In this document: piece by piece, positions 30,456-44,765 of the stretch
How positions within the stretch are numbered: position 1 is the first letter of the stretch
Layout: each line of letters begins with the position of its first letter
Origin: Balanoglossus misakiensis
Lineage: Eukaryota; Animalia; Hemichordata
Assembly: GCA_040954595.2 (NCBI GenBank)
Contig: CM082586.2
Coordinates: 2,733,124-2,797,123 of the forward strand
Direction of reading: 5' to 3'
Length of the DNA stretch: 64,000 bases
Notes under the pieces: generated by a model
The model's input: only the letters and a program-made list of their open reading frames with translations
Database searches by the model: none
What the model was told of the DNA's origin: nothing
Program-made: the position numbers and the translations under genes

Positions 30456-33400
30456 CAGAGAATGTGAAGGGGATGGCACAAGGCAATCACTCACTGTATG
30501 ATGTAGTCTCCTGCAACCAAGTCTGTCATTGTCAGAAGTGCCTCATCACCAATTGTCTTCTGTTCTCTCAACGGTCCCTTGATCTCTTCCCAGTGATAGC
30601 TGACAATCTGATCATCATCTGTGCTCTCTGCAGGTGAAGAAAGAGAATCAATTTAGAAACGATTCTAGTCATATTTATCTTCATCTACTTGGCCACAGCC
30701 CAGAAAGACATACAGTATGGTACATACATGTACACTATACATGTAGTATACAGTTCATCCAATACACAGAACATAGAGCTCTCATCCATATACATGTATG
30801 GCCATACTTTGTGTATATAATACTATACACCTGTAATGCCCTGTAGTGCATTGTAGTGTAATGCATTTCCTAATACATCAGAATCATTCAAAACAGGGCA
30901 TATTTTGCACTGGGGCTAGGAGCTATCCCCCTCATCAATCAAAAGCTGACAATACGTATGTCTTTTCATACCAATGGGTCATTTGAATTTGAAATATTTT
31001 TACTGACAAGCTGTTTCTGCCTTTAGAAAGATAGCTACACACAACTGTACCTGCACATATTTTAACATTCAATTTCCTTCTTTTTTCATTATGTTCCTTT
31101 TCATCTTAAAATACCACCTGCGAACCATTGTGAATTTTTGTTCCCATGATGGTAAAATCAGACCAGGGATGGTCCATTAGAATAAGGGGAATTTATTCAT
31201 CCATATGGTTATCAGACACAATACAGCATTAATTACCAGAGCATTGTACTAACCACAAAGACATTGTATTGTAGTCCAATGTTAAAACAGGTGGACAATC
31301 AGCAACATTCAAAGCAGTTCACCTCAATATATTGAGACTTCGGTGTACTAATGCTATTGTGAATAACTTACGCGAGCCGTCTAGGACAGTTTCACTGTTC
31401 GGCAGATTGACCTCCTGCTTCTTGGGTGAAATGACCGCCACCGGTGGAGAATTGACCCTCGGCTTGGGCAAGACGGTCACATTGACAAAGGCCTCACCCA
31501 AGGCGTGATCCCCGGTCACCGTGACTTTGAACATGTACTGACCGGCAGTCAGCTGAAACAAGAGCGAGAATTTTCTAAATGAAAAAAATGATAAGAAAAA
31601 ATATACAAAATGTGTATTGAGATTCATGATTCCCAAACCCTTTCACCCCCAGTTCCCCCTTACGAAGTCCAACCTCACCATAGAAAACAATGGGTTTGGA
31701 CTGAACCATGGTGGTGAAAGGGTTAATGAATTGTGGATCATATTGAATAATATTGTGGGTATTCACTAATTAAAATTGTATCGCGATCCAGTTGATTTCT
31801 GGGGTTCAGATATTTGGACAGGGAGATTCTTGAGCTGAAGTTTGAGGTCCTACCACTGGTGACCCACCACCCACCTTTGACAGGTTACACCGTCTCTGGT
31901 GTTTGCCTTCCATCACTCCGGCCGAGCTGCCCTTCGGGGCGCTCACAAGAGTCCACTCGTACTGGTAATTGATCTCCTTGGAAGGCTCGGGCAAGACGTA
32001 GGCGAACAGACTAACGCTGTCTTCGTCCGGCAGCTGCAAGACCTTGTCATTGCCAGCCGACACCGACAACGCCACCACTGCAATGAAATGACTCAGAGTA
32101 ACCAAAAGGCTGAGGGTGACAGTTTCCAGTGCCGGTCTCCGACACATGGCAGACACATGTCAAATTGGCCTTGGTCACATTTCTTGGAAATACGCGTTCT
32201 GCATCATGCGACTGACTTACACATGAATCTGAACAGAAGTAAGAGTTCGTAGCCTGTGGATTTGCACCCAAGACTAGCAGTCCGCACAGAAACAGGTGTT
32301 GGCGGTGAATAATATGCTATTTAGTTGACTGAAATGAAATCGGTATGTGCATTCAATTTGATGATTGATTGACTGCAACATCTTTAACCCTTTCACACCT
32401 CCCCAGACAATGGATCACCCCTGCCACTGAAAACAATGGAGCCAAACCACTGTGTGGAGGGGTAAAAGGGTTAATGGATCCATCACATACAGTGCATAGA
32501 ATATAACCATCACCCTGTATTTTTATATAAATAATTCTGATCACGTCCAGTTATGTCTGACATGATAGGATATGCAGTCACCGGAGATAAAAATAAATGG
32601 GGGCTGGTGGCACTTACCTGGTTCAGTGACTACCTTGGTTGTGACGTGCGGGGGCTGGGGTGTCATGGCCTCGGTTGGAATCGTTTCTGCGTCAGTTTCA
32701 TTTCCCTCTTCTTCCGCTGTTTCGTTGGCAACCGTTGGAATGACTTCCGGGACTGCTGTGGTCGCAGTGTCGCCATTCTGCCCCTTGTTCTGGGGTGAGG
32801 AGGAAGAGAGAAAGATCTGTAAGAGTTCATGCTAGTCAAACCTACTACATCTTTGTGTGATCTGTGATAATTCATTTTCCTGAAAGAGGAAGTGTGGGAG
32901 TCAGTGTGTTTGTCCATTTCGAGTATGGTCAAGTAAAAGGCTCAAAGTTTCTCACCTTTTTACTGGGGTTTGGAACAACTTCGTCGTCGGTCTGATCGGC
33001 CGCGGCGGTCACCTGCAGGTCTTCCCCGTCCGACGTCTCGGCCACTGTGGTCAAATTCTGTGGGGCGGCTGTCTCCTGGCTCCTCTCCGTCAAGACGCTT
33101 CCCAGCTCTCCCTCTGAGCTGAGAGCTGTTGACAGGCTGTCGTCAGAGACAGGCTTAGTGCTGATCGACGGGTTGGATGCTGTCAAGAGATGCACACACA
33201 AATCATTCAACATACTTGGTATTAAACAAGGATGATTCAACTCACATTTAACCCTTTCACCACCATGGTTCAGTCCAAACTCATCGTTTTCTATGGTAAG
33301 GTTGGACCTCCAAAGTGGGAACTAGGGGTGAAAGGGTTAAAGCTCTGATGTACGTGAAGCAACAGACACCATACTGTACAAATTATGCTGTGTGTGTGCA

Positions 33401-36400
33401 TTCTCTGAATCATGGCTTATCAGTTTTGATTATTTTTTCTATACTTTGAGAATTACGTTCCCCTTTTCACATTAAAGGTTATCCATGCTGTTCAAGACTT
33501 TAACTTTCCAGTAGCCACTGAGAGTGAGATTTCTAAAAGCTGACAAGCCATCTGTTTGGTATCGCTGTCCATTTCCTATTCACAGACAAGTTTGTTGTAC
33601 ACTGTAACATATGCATGGTGTGTTTCAAATCGCCTTGTTTACGCCACGTTGCATTTCACACGACCGATTATTCAGCTTCTCTGCTTGATACAAATATGGT
33701 AACTGCATTATGATCTTGAGTTATGGTACATGCCTGTATTAGCTACCATATGTCCATGTGCCCATGGTCAATTCTTAATGGAGAATTTCCATTTTTTTTT
33801 CATAGTAACCACAAGGTTTCTTTCAGTTTTGTTTCTTCCCCACAGAAGATGAAAGAAGTAAAATCTGTGCAAAACAGGAAAAACCTTTTAAATTCAAATA
33901 GTTTTCTTCAAATTTCACTTGTAACATATGCATGTTTTAATAGAAACCTGGCAACAAGCTGGGCTGGACAGAACTAAAATTTAACACATAATAAAAGAGC
34001 CAGTACTGTTTTCACATATATTTACAAAACAGCACACAAAGTGGTAATTTTTCTAAATTACATGATGAATAAATTAATAAAGAATGACTGTTTCAGAGTT
34101 ACCAGTGTACAGTATAGTGTCTGTATGTACACGTGTAGCCAGACACTTGTATTGGAAAGGTTCTATAATTAACTATTTCACAGGGTACATCCTCTTTTTC
34201 ACACGTCTATTTACAACCACCGACTGAATTCACAGGGCAGGCAGCAACATAGAAATAAACTGTCAGCAGAGTCAAAGGAAAATAAAAGCCAAAATATTAC
34301 ATTGTGGGAAGGAAAAGAAACAAGAGCTGTTGAGAGAAATAAATCAGTGGGGAAAAATAAATATTAATAAAATTATTCAGCAAAGAAGATTAGCCGTAAT
34401 CGTGTTAAATAGTGTTATTTTGGAACACATGACAACACAGTAAATTACCTGTACAATCGAGTTTGTCTTGAAATTCGATCATGTCTCAGGATTCTAAAAT
34501 GCCGTAATTTTATGGTCATAATTCGGGAAATATTCAGAATGTAGCTGATACTTTTTTGTCCATATGCAATTAGTGTTCGCAGTGCTGGTAGCATTTGTTC
34601 ACACTTTTGAATTATTTATAAAATGAACTGACCCAATAAAATGTCCACCTGCATTTTTTTTAATTTATCACCTAAAATGAATTGACTTTTCAAAATATAA
34701 CAACACGTTCTGGCTTGTTTAACATTACATGATAAGAAAGCAACTGCTGTACTGCTGGGGGGGGGGGGGGGGGGGGGAAGGGGGAACAGCAAAGTTGAGA
34801 GGGTTGTGGGGGTAGGGGGTTTAATTGAATGTGTCAAGGATATCTGCCTCAATTAATAATATAGTACATATTATGCACTATATTATTATTGTAGAGTTTT
34901 GACATGTATAAATAATTTACTTTACTGTCATGTGTTCTTGTTAGGGAGGTCACTACACATTGTACAGTGAAGGTACTACATGTACATGTACGTGGGACAG
35001 TGACAGCTAGCTATGCTCATTGATAGGGGTGTTATTAATAGTAAATATCATATGTCACAGCACTGCAGGAACCTGACTATTCAAATAAAATGCCCACTGT
35101 GAAAATTTCATTCGCACATTCATTTTGAAAACTGAATTCATTTTTCAACAATACTAGTGCACGGTACATTCAAGAGTCGGTCAATTGTTGGTAAGAAAGA
35201 GAGCATTTGTGTCATCCTTGTTCACCCCTGTTTACATGTGGTATCACCTTACAAAACACAGAAAACAATGCGACAGGTTCATTACACAAAGGCTCTGAGG
35301 GATGCCAGGACCTCAAACACTGTCTGACATTAAACAACTGCAGAGTTTGACATTTAATATATAATACTGCACGGCAAATCTAAACATGAGCAGAAGATGA
35401 GACTACAGCAGTGCCTTATATGGGAAATACATGTACGTTTCTTGTTTGACATTATCAAGTATTAGACTGTAGCACTACTTTACGTGAAATTTTACAGAAG
35501 ATATGATTTTTCCAGTTGGTCTGAAAAACTCAGAGAAACAAGATATAGTGTCTCAATACTACGTTAAGTTACAGACTGTTTAGTACGTTTTGGTGAAAGT
35601 CTGTTTAGTTAGTTTCCAATTTATGTGTTAGTTCAGTGCAAAGGGGACATGGTGAGCACAGGACGACATCTAGGTGAGACATTCAAAATGCATTATATTT
35701 TATAAACCTGGTTCTGGAGTTGGAATCTCGCATGCATCGGTGTTAGGGTTCCGGTGATAGCCACGTTTACATTTGCATACACCCGTGCCGTAAAACAACT
35801 CATGACAGTACTCGTAAGCGCTGTCGCACGGCGAATGCTGATCGCAGAAATGCAGCTGGGGTTCGCTCGGTTGTTTGGGAATGGGCTTGCCGAGCATTGT
35901 GGCTTGTTTGATCTTTTGTGCCTTCTGGGCACTTTTGAAGTTAAAACTGTTGTAGTCGGAATCGTAGTCGCTGGGTATTCCGTACTCGATTCCGCTGACA
36001 TCTACGGAGTAAAAGGTTATCGTAGAGAAAACAGAAGACAATTCGATGCATTAAAACACACTCGAAGAAGTCAACCATTTAATACTGAGATGATGGAAAA
36101 CTATGAGCATATACAGTTAGGTTGAGGTACAGAATAATTTGTTACAACTAATATGAATGTTAAAGTTAAACTTTCCATGCTACATATAAAACTTACATAG
36201 ATGCATTCACAAATGTCTTTCTTGAGATCATTCACTCACAGCATCTTTATCAATATTTTTAATTCACAACTGAACTTACCAATGCAAGTATCTGAAGCAT
36301 CTCTTTCATAGCCATTAATACACTGGCACTGATAAATCAATTTCCCTTTCTTTCCCACCATACCGACACACTCTTCGTTCAGGCCGCAGGGGTTGGGAAT

Positions 36401-39400
36401 TTTGGGATTGCATATATCATTCAGATTTCTGGGCAGCACGTAGGATTCTGTTGAAATAAAGCAAAGCAGAGGCAAGAACATGAATATTGTATCGCACAGT
36501 CTCAAAATAATATACAGTGTAGTACATGGAAGTATAAGCTTGATATTCTTACATTTAAAATTTGTGCTCAAATGATATCCATAAAATGGCACAATGCAAA
36601 AAAAATCCACAATGCTATCAATCAAAGTGTCATGCAACAACATATGGATATTCTGTACAAAACAATTAATGTACCTCAGCGCACCAAACTGTGTCCTGTG
36701 TGGACAATATTTCATTCACATCCCATAAGTAAATTGGCCACATCATTTCCCAATGAATTTCTTTCTGATCATAATCAAGACAATTTATTGCTTTGGCTTG
36801 TATATTTATATCATAATGTTAACAACTACACAACACAGGTGTATTTCACACGCATTGTGTCTCATTCTGGCTCGATCACTCAAACGACAGCTGAAAATAC
36901 ATTGTGATGTTACATGTATGTGCTTTTGCCTTTATTGCAAATTTTAATGGTAATGTTTTAGGCAAACACTCAAAGAAATCCCCGACAAGGACCAACTTTA
37001 TTACAATGATAACACTCGTACACGATCCTATCCCCATTGGCAAATATCAATTCACACATACATCAAAGCAGCAACTCGCTCATATGAAAACTTGAAAATC
37101 TGACACACTTTGACAGAATAATTTCAAGAGTTGTACTCCTGATAATGCATATTTTTTTACAATTGTTGATTGGTTTGTCAAGAGCCAATGATGTCATCAT
37201 ACGAATATATGTAATGACATCATCTTCACAGCAACCAATGACATCATCATGTCAATCACGTCAATCAGTGACATCATAATAACAGCAATCAATGATGCAT
37301 GTTATCCCAACAACAAATGACATCATAGTTCTCAATCTGCTTCCACTTTTAACAACAAGGGCTCAGCAACTAATCAGAAAAGTGTAATACGCAAAACACA
37401 AAGAAACTTAAGAGCGACAGGTTAGGCTTTACTCTCACAACTGTTACACTCAAAGAATACTAAAAGCTGAATCCTAAATGCAAACAAACCGGTTAATTCC
37501 CCAACAACCAATGTGAGTCATACAAGTATGATGATGTTATCATCTGTGTGTGGACATTCTACCATCTATATGCACTGCCTGCCTGGTGGTGATTTATTTC
37601 AATGATATGATTTTATTGATCAAATACCTTTGTTTGCTGACAGTTTTCTTCTACACCTAAGCATAGTCAATATTAATATTAAATATCTGACCCTTAACCT
37701 ACATTTATCGTCTATTATTAGCAACAAGAAAAGGTGGCATTTTTGTGGTAGATATTTCTAGTCAGTTAATTGACTTGGCTAGTTCGCTCAACTTTATTTT
37801 TGCCAAACAAAACAATAAAATGTCATTTCTTTTCGACCACAGCCTTTCACCACTACATTACATGAGACCAACATAGAGTTTTTACTGTTGAGGTTAGATC
37901 GCCACTGAAAACTTAATACCACACACACACTGTTCCATGTTTTTGTACTCTTCTTGAAAAGACTCCCCATAATACCACAACACATGGATCACACTCTTAG
38001 CGCATTAAAAGTAGCTTAAAGCATAGGTTGCAATATTTTAGAATAATGTCAAATTCTTTCATGATGTGAATGGTGGGATTAGACAACTTATACGTTGTGA
38101 TCCGAGTGTCTCAGATACATGTACAGTTGATTGTATGAAACTGGAATTTTCTTCTTTAGCAAGCTGATACACACACACACATGCACAGTGCGTCTGTCTG
38201 CAAATTATTCTCCTCCAAGGTGTGTATACTGATGACATATAAAAGACCAAAGAGGGTTTGCCAGACAAAACAAATTACTGAAAAGCCAGTGTTATATAAT
38301 ATCCAAGCATGAAAGGTGCTTTCAGACAAGACAGAGATAAGAATGAGGTATCTGAACAATGATACGTCTGTATTCATTTGCTTCACACGGGACTCTTTGC
38401 ATCTGTGATACCTTTCCCCAAAACTGATGATGAAAGTATAAGCTTGAGGGCATTCCTGGTATTACCAGGATGTTGTCTACACCAGCAGTACATGTAGTAC
38501 ATACTGCATTGTAGAACTGGACTCTTATACACAGGACATGCTTAAAGATCCATTAGCTGTAACTTTTCGCATTGCATTTTGTACACAGAACAAAAATACT
38601 GAAAATAAAGCCAAAAGTGACAGATAATGTCCCTTTAAAGCATGTGATAAATCAAAGAGTTGAGTCACCTAATATCACACACAAGCCGAGTGTCGTCTTC
38701 ACTTTGGCGGAAAGCATACTTCAGAATCAGAGACTTAGAACTCGACGCTTGCATTCATCATTGCCAGGCTTACCTTCTGAAAATGACGGAGACGCCCTAG
38801 AAACAAACGCCATACTTGTACCCTGCACACTTCCCTCGACCGGACTGCACGCGTCCTCGCTGACACACTCCAATGTATAGCAACTACGGTCGAAGACATA
38901 CGCAGCATCGCACGTGTCCATCTGACAGCAGATCTTGATACACTGGGCCATGATTTCTCGGTCGGTGGTGGGGAAATGCAGGCCGGTCGCCAAAATCTCC
39001 TGCGGTGTAAATACTCCCGAATCTTTCCCATCATGCGGAACAACATTGTCGTACACTTCCTGAGTACCGCAGTAATTCTTACAAAGCCCTGGAAGAGGAA
39101 AGACGGAAAGTTGAAAATGTTTATCTGCCAGTTACATCACAACTGCTTCGAAATATCACATAATAAATTGTTTCATTTGTAGCAGAAGTGAATCAACAGG
39201 GCAAAAATTGACTTTTGTTTACTACATGGTAAAAGTGTAAATATCAATTCTCAAATCAGGAAGTTTGAAAACTGCCACCCTGTATATTTCCACACATCTG
39301 CGACAACAGCTGGGACGTATATGTAATTGTTCAAGCACGGTACAGGTGACAGAGGTTTTCCTCGAACTATCAACAGGGTATAGATTTCTGGATGATTTAT

Positions 39401-42400
39401 ATTCAAGGCAGCGTGGCTTTTATCTACACGGGAATTAATAAAATCAAATTTAATGCACAGAGGAGCTGTACGTCTCTGAGCTGCAGGAACTGGATTGCAG
39501 AGCAGATGGGAAGTACAGTTATGTACACAACGCTCTATACTAGTAACATCAATAGAATTTTATAGGATGTCGATGGCAAATTTTACATCTACATGCGGAC
39601 ATGTGTTTAGTAGCATCTAAAAGGGTCCACTATCTAGCAATGGCACTGTCTGGTTGAGGTTTGTCTGCTGGGTTTGTATGAGAGGATGCTAACGATGCAT
39701 TGCAACACAATATGAGAGAAAGATGCTTCAAGCCTCAGAGTTCACCAGTGAAATTTATTCAAAGCTTCATTGATTTTTCAACATCCTGCCAAATCAAATG
39801 CAAAACCATTAAATGTAGGGCATGAATTAGAGCCAATAGTTAAAAATCCCCTAAGAACTCGCTAAGATGCAATAAATTGACTTTTCTGACATTGATGTAC
39901 TGAAACCTTTCAGAAGTGTCACACTCTCCGTCGGGGGTGAAAAATAATTATTTATTGTGTCAATACTCATTCTGTTTTTAACAGGTAATCTTCTGTCTGA
40001 ATGAAGAGCTGTGTGAAGAAGACACACGAAAGAAAGCTTTGATTGGAAACTTGATTATCTACGAGTAATCCATGAGATTAAAATAACCTTAAAGTAGAAA
40101 TGTACCTCTAAAGATATAAATTTACGAAGTCTCGTAAGACTGCTACCATAGCAATGGGCTAGTAAATGTCTCACTGTCCAGTAAAACACCATTTCAAGCG
40201 AACTGGTTTATTTCATGTCTGTACAGCCATGAAAGATACATAAAAATGTCTGTTTCACAAGAAGCATCGGGTGCATATATATGCCCTGAACTACTTGGGC
40301 AACCTTTGCATGTTTAACTTTAAGTAAGCAAATCAAAATATATAAAGTTTAACATAGGACAAAAAACTTACTAACGTACTGACTGTGTCCCTTTAAACCA
40401 AACACGTCATAATACAATTCAATAATTTCATGAAGAATGATTATTGTCATAACAGCACAATGAAAACAACAGCAACGTCGTTCTATATTTGTACATATAT
40501 AAAACTGCCCATCGGAACTGTCTTCCACATACCCTAGGGTTTTCAATTATTGGCTTTTCCACAGATTAAAACACCAACCTGACCATTCATTATTCTACAC
40601 ATGTACACCAGCATAATTGACTATTCTACATTTATAAATAGACATCAATTCTATGGGTCACAGCATGAGCTCTTCTAAAATTCTCAATATAACATTAAGC
40701 GTCATTCTAAATGCTCTTATAATTTCATATTTTACTCTTAACTCTTTATCCTATAAATAAAACTTTACTGACATGTCTGCTGGTTTGGGATAATATCATA
40801 TAGTGTACGAATGATTACAAATACATAACATACAAAACAGGTAAAAGCAATGTTGCCTACAATGTAAAAATCTGCTCAAATATTCATTTTTCATTATTTA
40901 TTATTATGTTTTATTTTAGTAAGATCCTTATTGTACTTCTCGGAGTTCAAATTGGGGGAATGGTTTCAACAGGCTTTTATTTACATTTCTTAATAGCCAT
41001 CGGAGATATAACTTTCTTGTTTGCAATGGTGTATATGTACACTCAGGTAGCATTTAAACTATTCGCCTACAGTACTTTGACTCTAGCAACTGTGTCGTAT
41101 TGGAGCCATATACTTGCAGCCGCAGGCGAGATATACACTCTATCTTAAACCACTGGTCTATGGTCAAGATTATGTTGCCCATTGAAGGCAGGAGTATTTT
41201 GAGTTGAGGATAGAAATCCAGGATTCAACGCGGGTTGGCATATGGCGCCACGATTTCACTCCGTTATGAAACATGCATACAGAAATAACACGCAGTATTT
41301 TCCAGTCGTAACACAAACATGCCTGTATCTACCCATGCGTGCTTGCATGAACATCAAGCAACTCTGGGTAATAAAAAACCTAACTAACCACACTGATGAC
41401 GTACATGTTTGCCAACAACTAACGAACCCCTCGCATGCAATACCAGCACATGTGAACGAACACAGAATTCACAAATGTAATCAGGGGTCCATTATTTTAA
41501 TCCAATCTACACAACATCATTAAGCAGAAACAGATGTTAGTCTAGTCTGGGTTGTTATTGTGTACATTTTTAATTTCAAAATGTTTCTCTTATTAATGCA
41601 TCCAGACCCTCCATACATCCAGACCCCTCGTTCATACACGACTGAATTTCGTGAATAACCAGGAAAATTACATAATGTATTATGGCCAATCCTTTTGTGC
41701 ATTACCATTTCAAAGTTTGATTTTGTCATCAGCTAAATATTTGGTTACGTAATTGCCATACACCCAGTCAATATGCCAATATTTGATATTCATACAATTT
41801 TTTTACAGTAACAAAATGCTTGAACATTGAAAAACCAGGGGTGCCATGTTTTCTTGCATACTATACTGTTTTAACAATCCACAACTGTTTTACAGGGATA
41901 ATAGTTTTGGCAGATATATTACAATTTGCAAGTTATTGGTGGAACAAACCACCTTGGGAGGCTTTAGAGTTTATGGGGGGTAGCCAATCTCTGAACCTTC
42001 ATCTTGAAAAACAGAAATCAATCACTGTAGACCTTTTTTTATCAAACCGCGTTTCTTTATTGAGCAGTCTGGGAAGATGTGTGCTTATGCATACTAATCA
42101 GGGAATCATGGTTAAATCAATAAAATTCTGTAACGGATTGTGTAAAGATTTTACGAGCACTCGTTTAAACTAAAGATGACATTCTGATCTCAGGCTTTGC
42201 AGAAATGTACAAACGCCTTAGGGAGACAGCCAGCCCCCGCCTCCATGTGTCTAAAGTGGCGAAGTATTAAACCGTATTAAGATATTAATTAATTAATGAG
42301 ATCAAACAATAGGATGAGATTTTCTGCTGATTTATTGTAATTATACACCAATGGTCCCCTGTTACTGACATAAAGGGAATTAAATTATTACTAATATTAG

Positions 42401-44765
42401 TTTTATAAAGACAAAATGACACCACAACAGAAATGCAATATTTCAGAATCAATGTTCTCTGAACCAACGCTTCTAGCAATCATTAACAAGTCAGCAGGAG
42501 GTAGGTAATTGAAGAAACTTAGTTTTTAAAAATCAGATCAATACACTGCATACAAAGTGAAAATATCAGTAACTATGAAATTTGATGCCAAATATTGATG
42601 TACAATTATTTGCATGTTACTCCTGTTTGACGTCTTTTCATTAAATTCTGTATGTACATTTATATGACTTACTGTCAAAAATGAGATCAATTTCGCTCAG
42701 AAAGATTGCAACAGCATACTTAAACCTTTTGAATTCGCATGTGCAGCAGGCGTGTGCATCCAGCATATATAGCATTGCTACACTGTACATGTACATTTCA
42801 CAAATGTACAAGCTTACATCACGTGTCCATTTGCGAATGGTGTGTGACCATGCACACATGCAAATCCAGGGTGTCTTAGAAATTACCATTCATGAAGCCA
42901 TGCATTAACGAGCCTGCTAAATATAAAGACTTGCTTACAAGTACACGTATACATAGACTAAATGCATTGTGGTACCTATTTGACTAATGTCCATTATGGG
43001 GTCAACGACCTCCTTTAGGTGTGTGGATGTATATAAAAGGGACAAGACCATAAATGAACATAGAATGCCATCAAATTGCTGCAAAGTTTACCAAATATTA
43101 TATTATGATGAAAATACATGATTTTCCCTTATCTGGTCTAGTTTAATCAATTGACTGCAAGTCCAGGTCTCTCTAAAGTCTGCTAATGAAATTATAATGT
43201 AAATTTATGCATTTGGCCTTATTTATGCAAATTTTGGCCTTGAGACAGGTATCATGGAAACCCACATTGTCTGTACATTCAAAGCAATGACACTACCATA
43301 CTCAGTAGCCTATAGTACCAGTTTTGCCATACCCCAGGAGTTCGGCAACATTCATTAATGCAAAACACTTGCACCACCAGATTAAAACAGCTGTCCAAAT
43401 TCGCCATAAATTGTAAATTTTCATCAAATAAAGACATTTGTCACCACAGCATACCTGTGGTGTGTGTCACATGGTTTTATTATGTATGCAAATAATGCCT
43501 TTCCTGCTCTTTAGAGATAATAAGATTAATGAAAAAATCCTATTCATTTGCAAATACACATGTATAGGAGTGCTTTGAAATACATATGCATGCCTTCCCA
43601 CAAACACTCTCTAAAATGGCAGAAAAAGATGTTTGAATAAGTTGGCAACAATTAACATCTGCTAAAATAGAGCAAGGTCATATCTTACATGTAAATATGG
43701 AAATACATTATAATATTTTATATATTATTTTTTTCAAAAAATCAACTGACTCTAGATATTTGGCTGGCTAGTCACTTATTGTGGTGGCAAGTTCTCAAAT
43801 ATCATGAGGTGTGAAAATGTTATTGTAACCTATGTACTTGAAGTCAAAGTTCAATGCACTCGATAGACAATGGTGCAAGAACTGACTTGTTCCAGTGCTA
43901 TTACTAAAGCCTGCATAGATTACTGCTGGACACTTCAACGAAAACGTACAGCAAAAAAGGTTAGACATCCTTGGTGTTTTTACCCCAGGAACATACTTCC
44001 TGATCATAAAAATTGATGATTTCCAGGCCTCAACCTTCAGAAAGATCTGACTGAACGTCACCAATGTTATGGTCAGGGAGTACTTCCCCTAAATGCAGGA
44101 TATGAAATGTGACACTTTCTGGGCTATGAGTATAGATTAGTAATCTGTTAGCGCAGAACGTGTTACCATAGTACCTATCCATTTTCCCCTGACATACACA
44201 CACACACAGTGACACACACACAATTAACTGTCAGAACCACCTGTCCTTCAAGTTACTGAAGTGACAGTGATACATAATAGTGATCATCATTCATGGGATG
44301 GTTATACTGTCAGGTCAATATCTGAAACCTGTTTATCATTACACTAGTCTAAGAAACTTGGTTGGCATTATAAGAACACCATCCCTGCTGGTGGGCACAA
44401 CCTTACCCTCCCCCTCCCAACACCAACAATACTGCAGAGCAGTGTTTCAGATGCCCATCCAACCAAGCCCCCCTGACTTAATTTTCTCAGATGGGACACG
44501 TCAGCAAGAACTGGCTGCCTGCTGAAATTTGATACCCAAGTTTTCTTCGACATGTGGGGGCGAAGATGATGATAGCTGATACGTTTTCTTGCGTCTGCAA
44601 CGTATCTTCAATAACCCACCAGCTGAAAGAAATCAGCTGATTTTCACACATACCTGCTGGCAAATATAGGAGAATCAAAAGTCCTTGAAACAACCACCAA
44701 ATTCTGAGAAGTGATGCTGATCCCGTGAAGGCAAGAGTCCGTTTGGTTACGTGCGAGTCCATCAT
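25673..44765 (-). CDS. KIAA0319L: KIAA0319/KIAA0319L (AAVR)-like receptor: signal peptide, MANEC, two candidate Cys-rich modules, mucin-like stalk, about 5 PKD domains, Cys-rich C6 region, TM, cytoplasmic tail. About 22 coding exons
   Basis: Exon 44765-44654 is a signal peptide (RIWWLFQGLLILLYLPA). 39089-38774 is MANEC (CIKICCQMDTCDAAYVFDRSCYTLECVSEDAC). PKD repeats lie at 32077-28409 (VSAGNDKVLQLP, NSPPVAVISPKKQEVNLP, DYPPSANAG..LNGSLSSDDKGIAQYEW, Y.F.L.VTD). C.CESFWMENF...GEANC|EWSILYV TM occurs at 26944-26263, and the tail MISESDSDEDTLY stops at 25673. Confidence 0.93.
28855..28930. repeat. degenerate (TACAG/TACAA)n pentamer repeat, intronic
   Basis: aatacaatacaataccagtacagtagagtacaattcagtacagtacagtacggtatagtacag. 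Confidence 0.65.
30423..30454. repeat. (CA)n microsatellite
   Basis: about 16 CA units in an intron. Confidence 0.95.
31638..31726. mobile_element. about 90-bp piggyBac-like MITE (copy 1; left TTAA degenerate)
   Basis: CCCTTTCACC...GGTGAAAGGG-TTAA. The interior is the reverse complement of the copy at 33248-33340. Confidence 0.8.
32384..32474. mobile_element. about 90-bp piggyBac-like MITE (related subfamily)
   Basis: TTAA-CCCTTTCAC...GTAAAAGGG-TTAA. It shares GAAAACAATGG with the other copies. Confidence 0.75.
33248..33340. mobile_element. about 90-bp piggyBac-like MITE (intact TSD)
   Basis: TTAA-CCCTTTCACC...GGTGAAAGGG-TTAA. A TTAA TSD with CCC/GGG termini is the piggyBac hallmark. Confidence 0.85.
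38542..38638. mobile_element. short TTAA-flanked Kolobok/T2-like MITE
   Basis: Left TTAAAGATCCATTAGCTGTAACTTTTCGC versus reverse complement of the right end TTAAAGGGACATTATCTGTCACTTTTGGC. Confidence 0.65.

Noticed and set aside
34449-34494. 45-nt exon-like segment with good splice sites in KIAA0319L-like
   Set aside because: It has a stop codon in the phase-1 frame used by flanking exons. It could only be a poison exon, and nothing supports that.
40089-40397. Additional TTAA-bounded MITE remnants
   Set aside because: Termini resemble T2-type ends, but I could not pair convincing TIRs.
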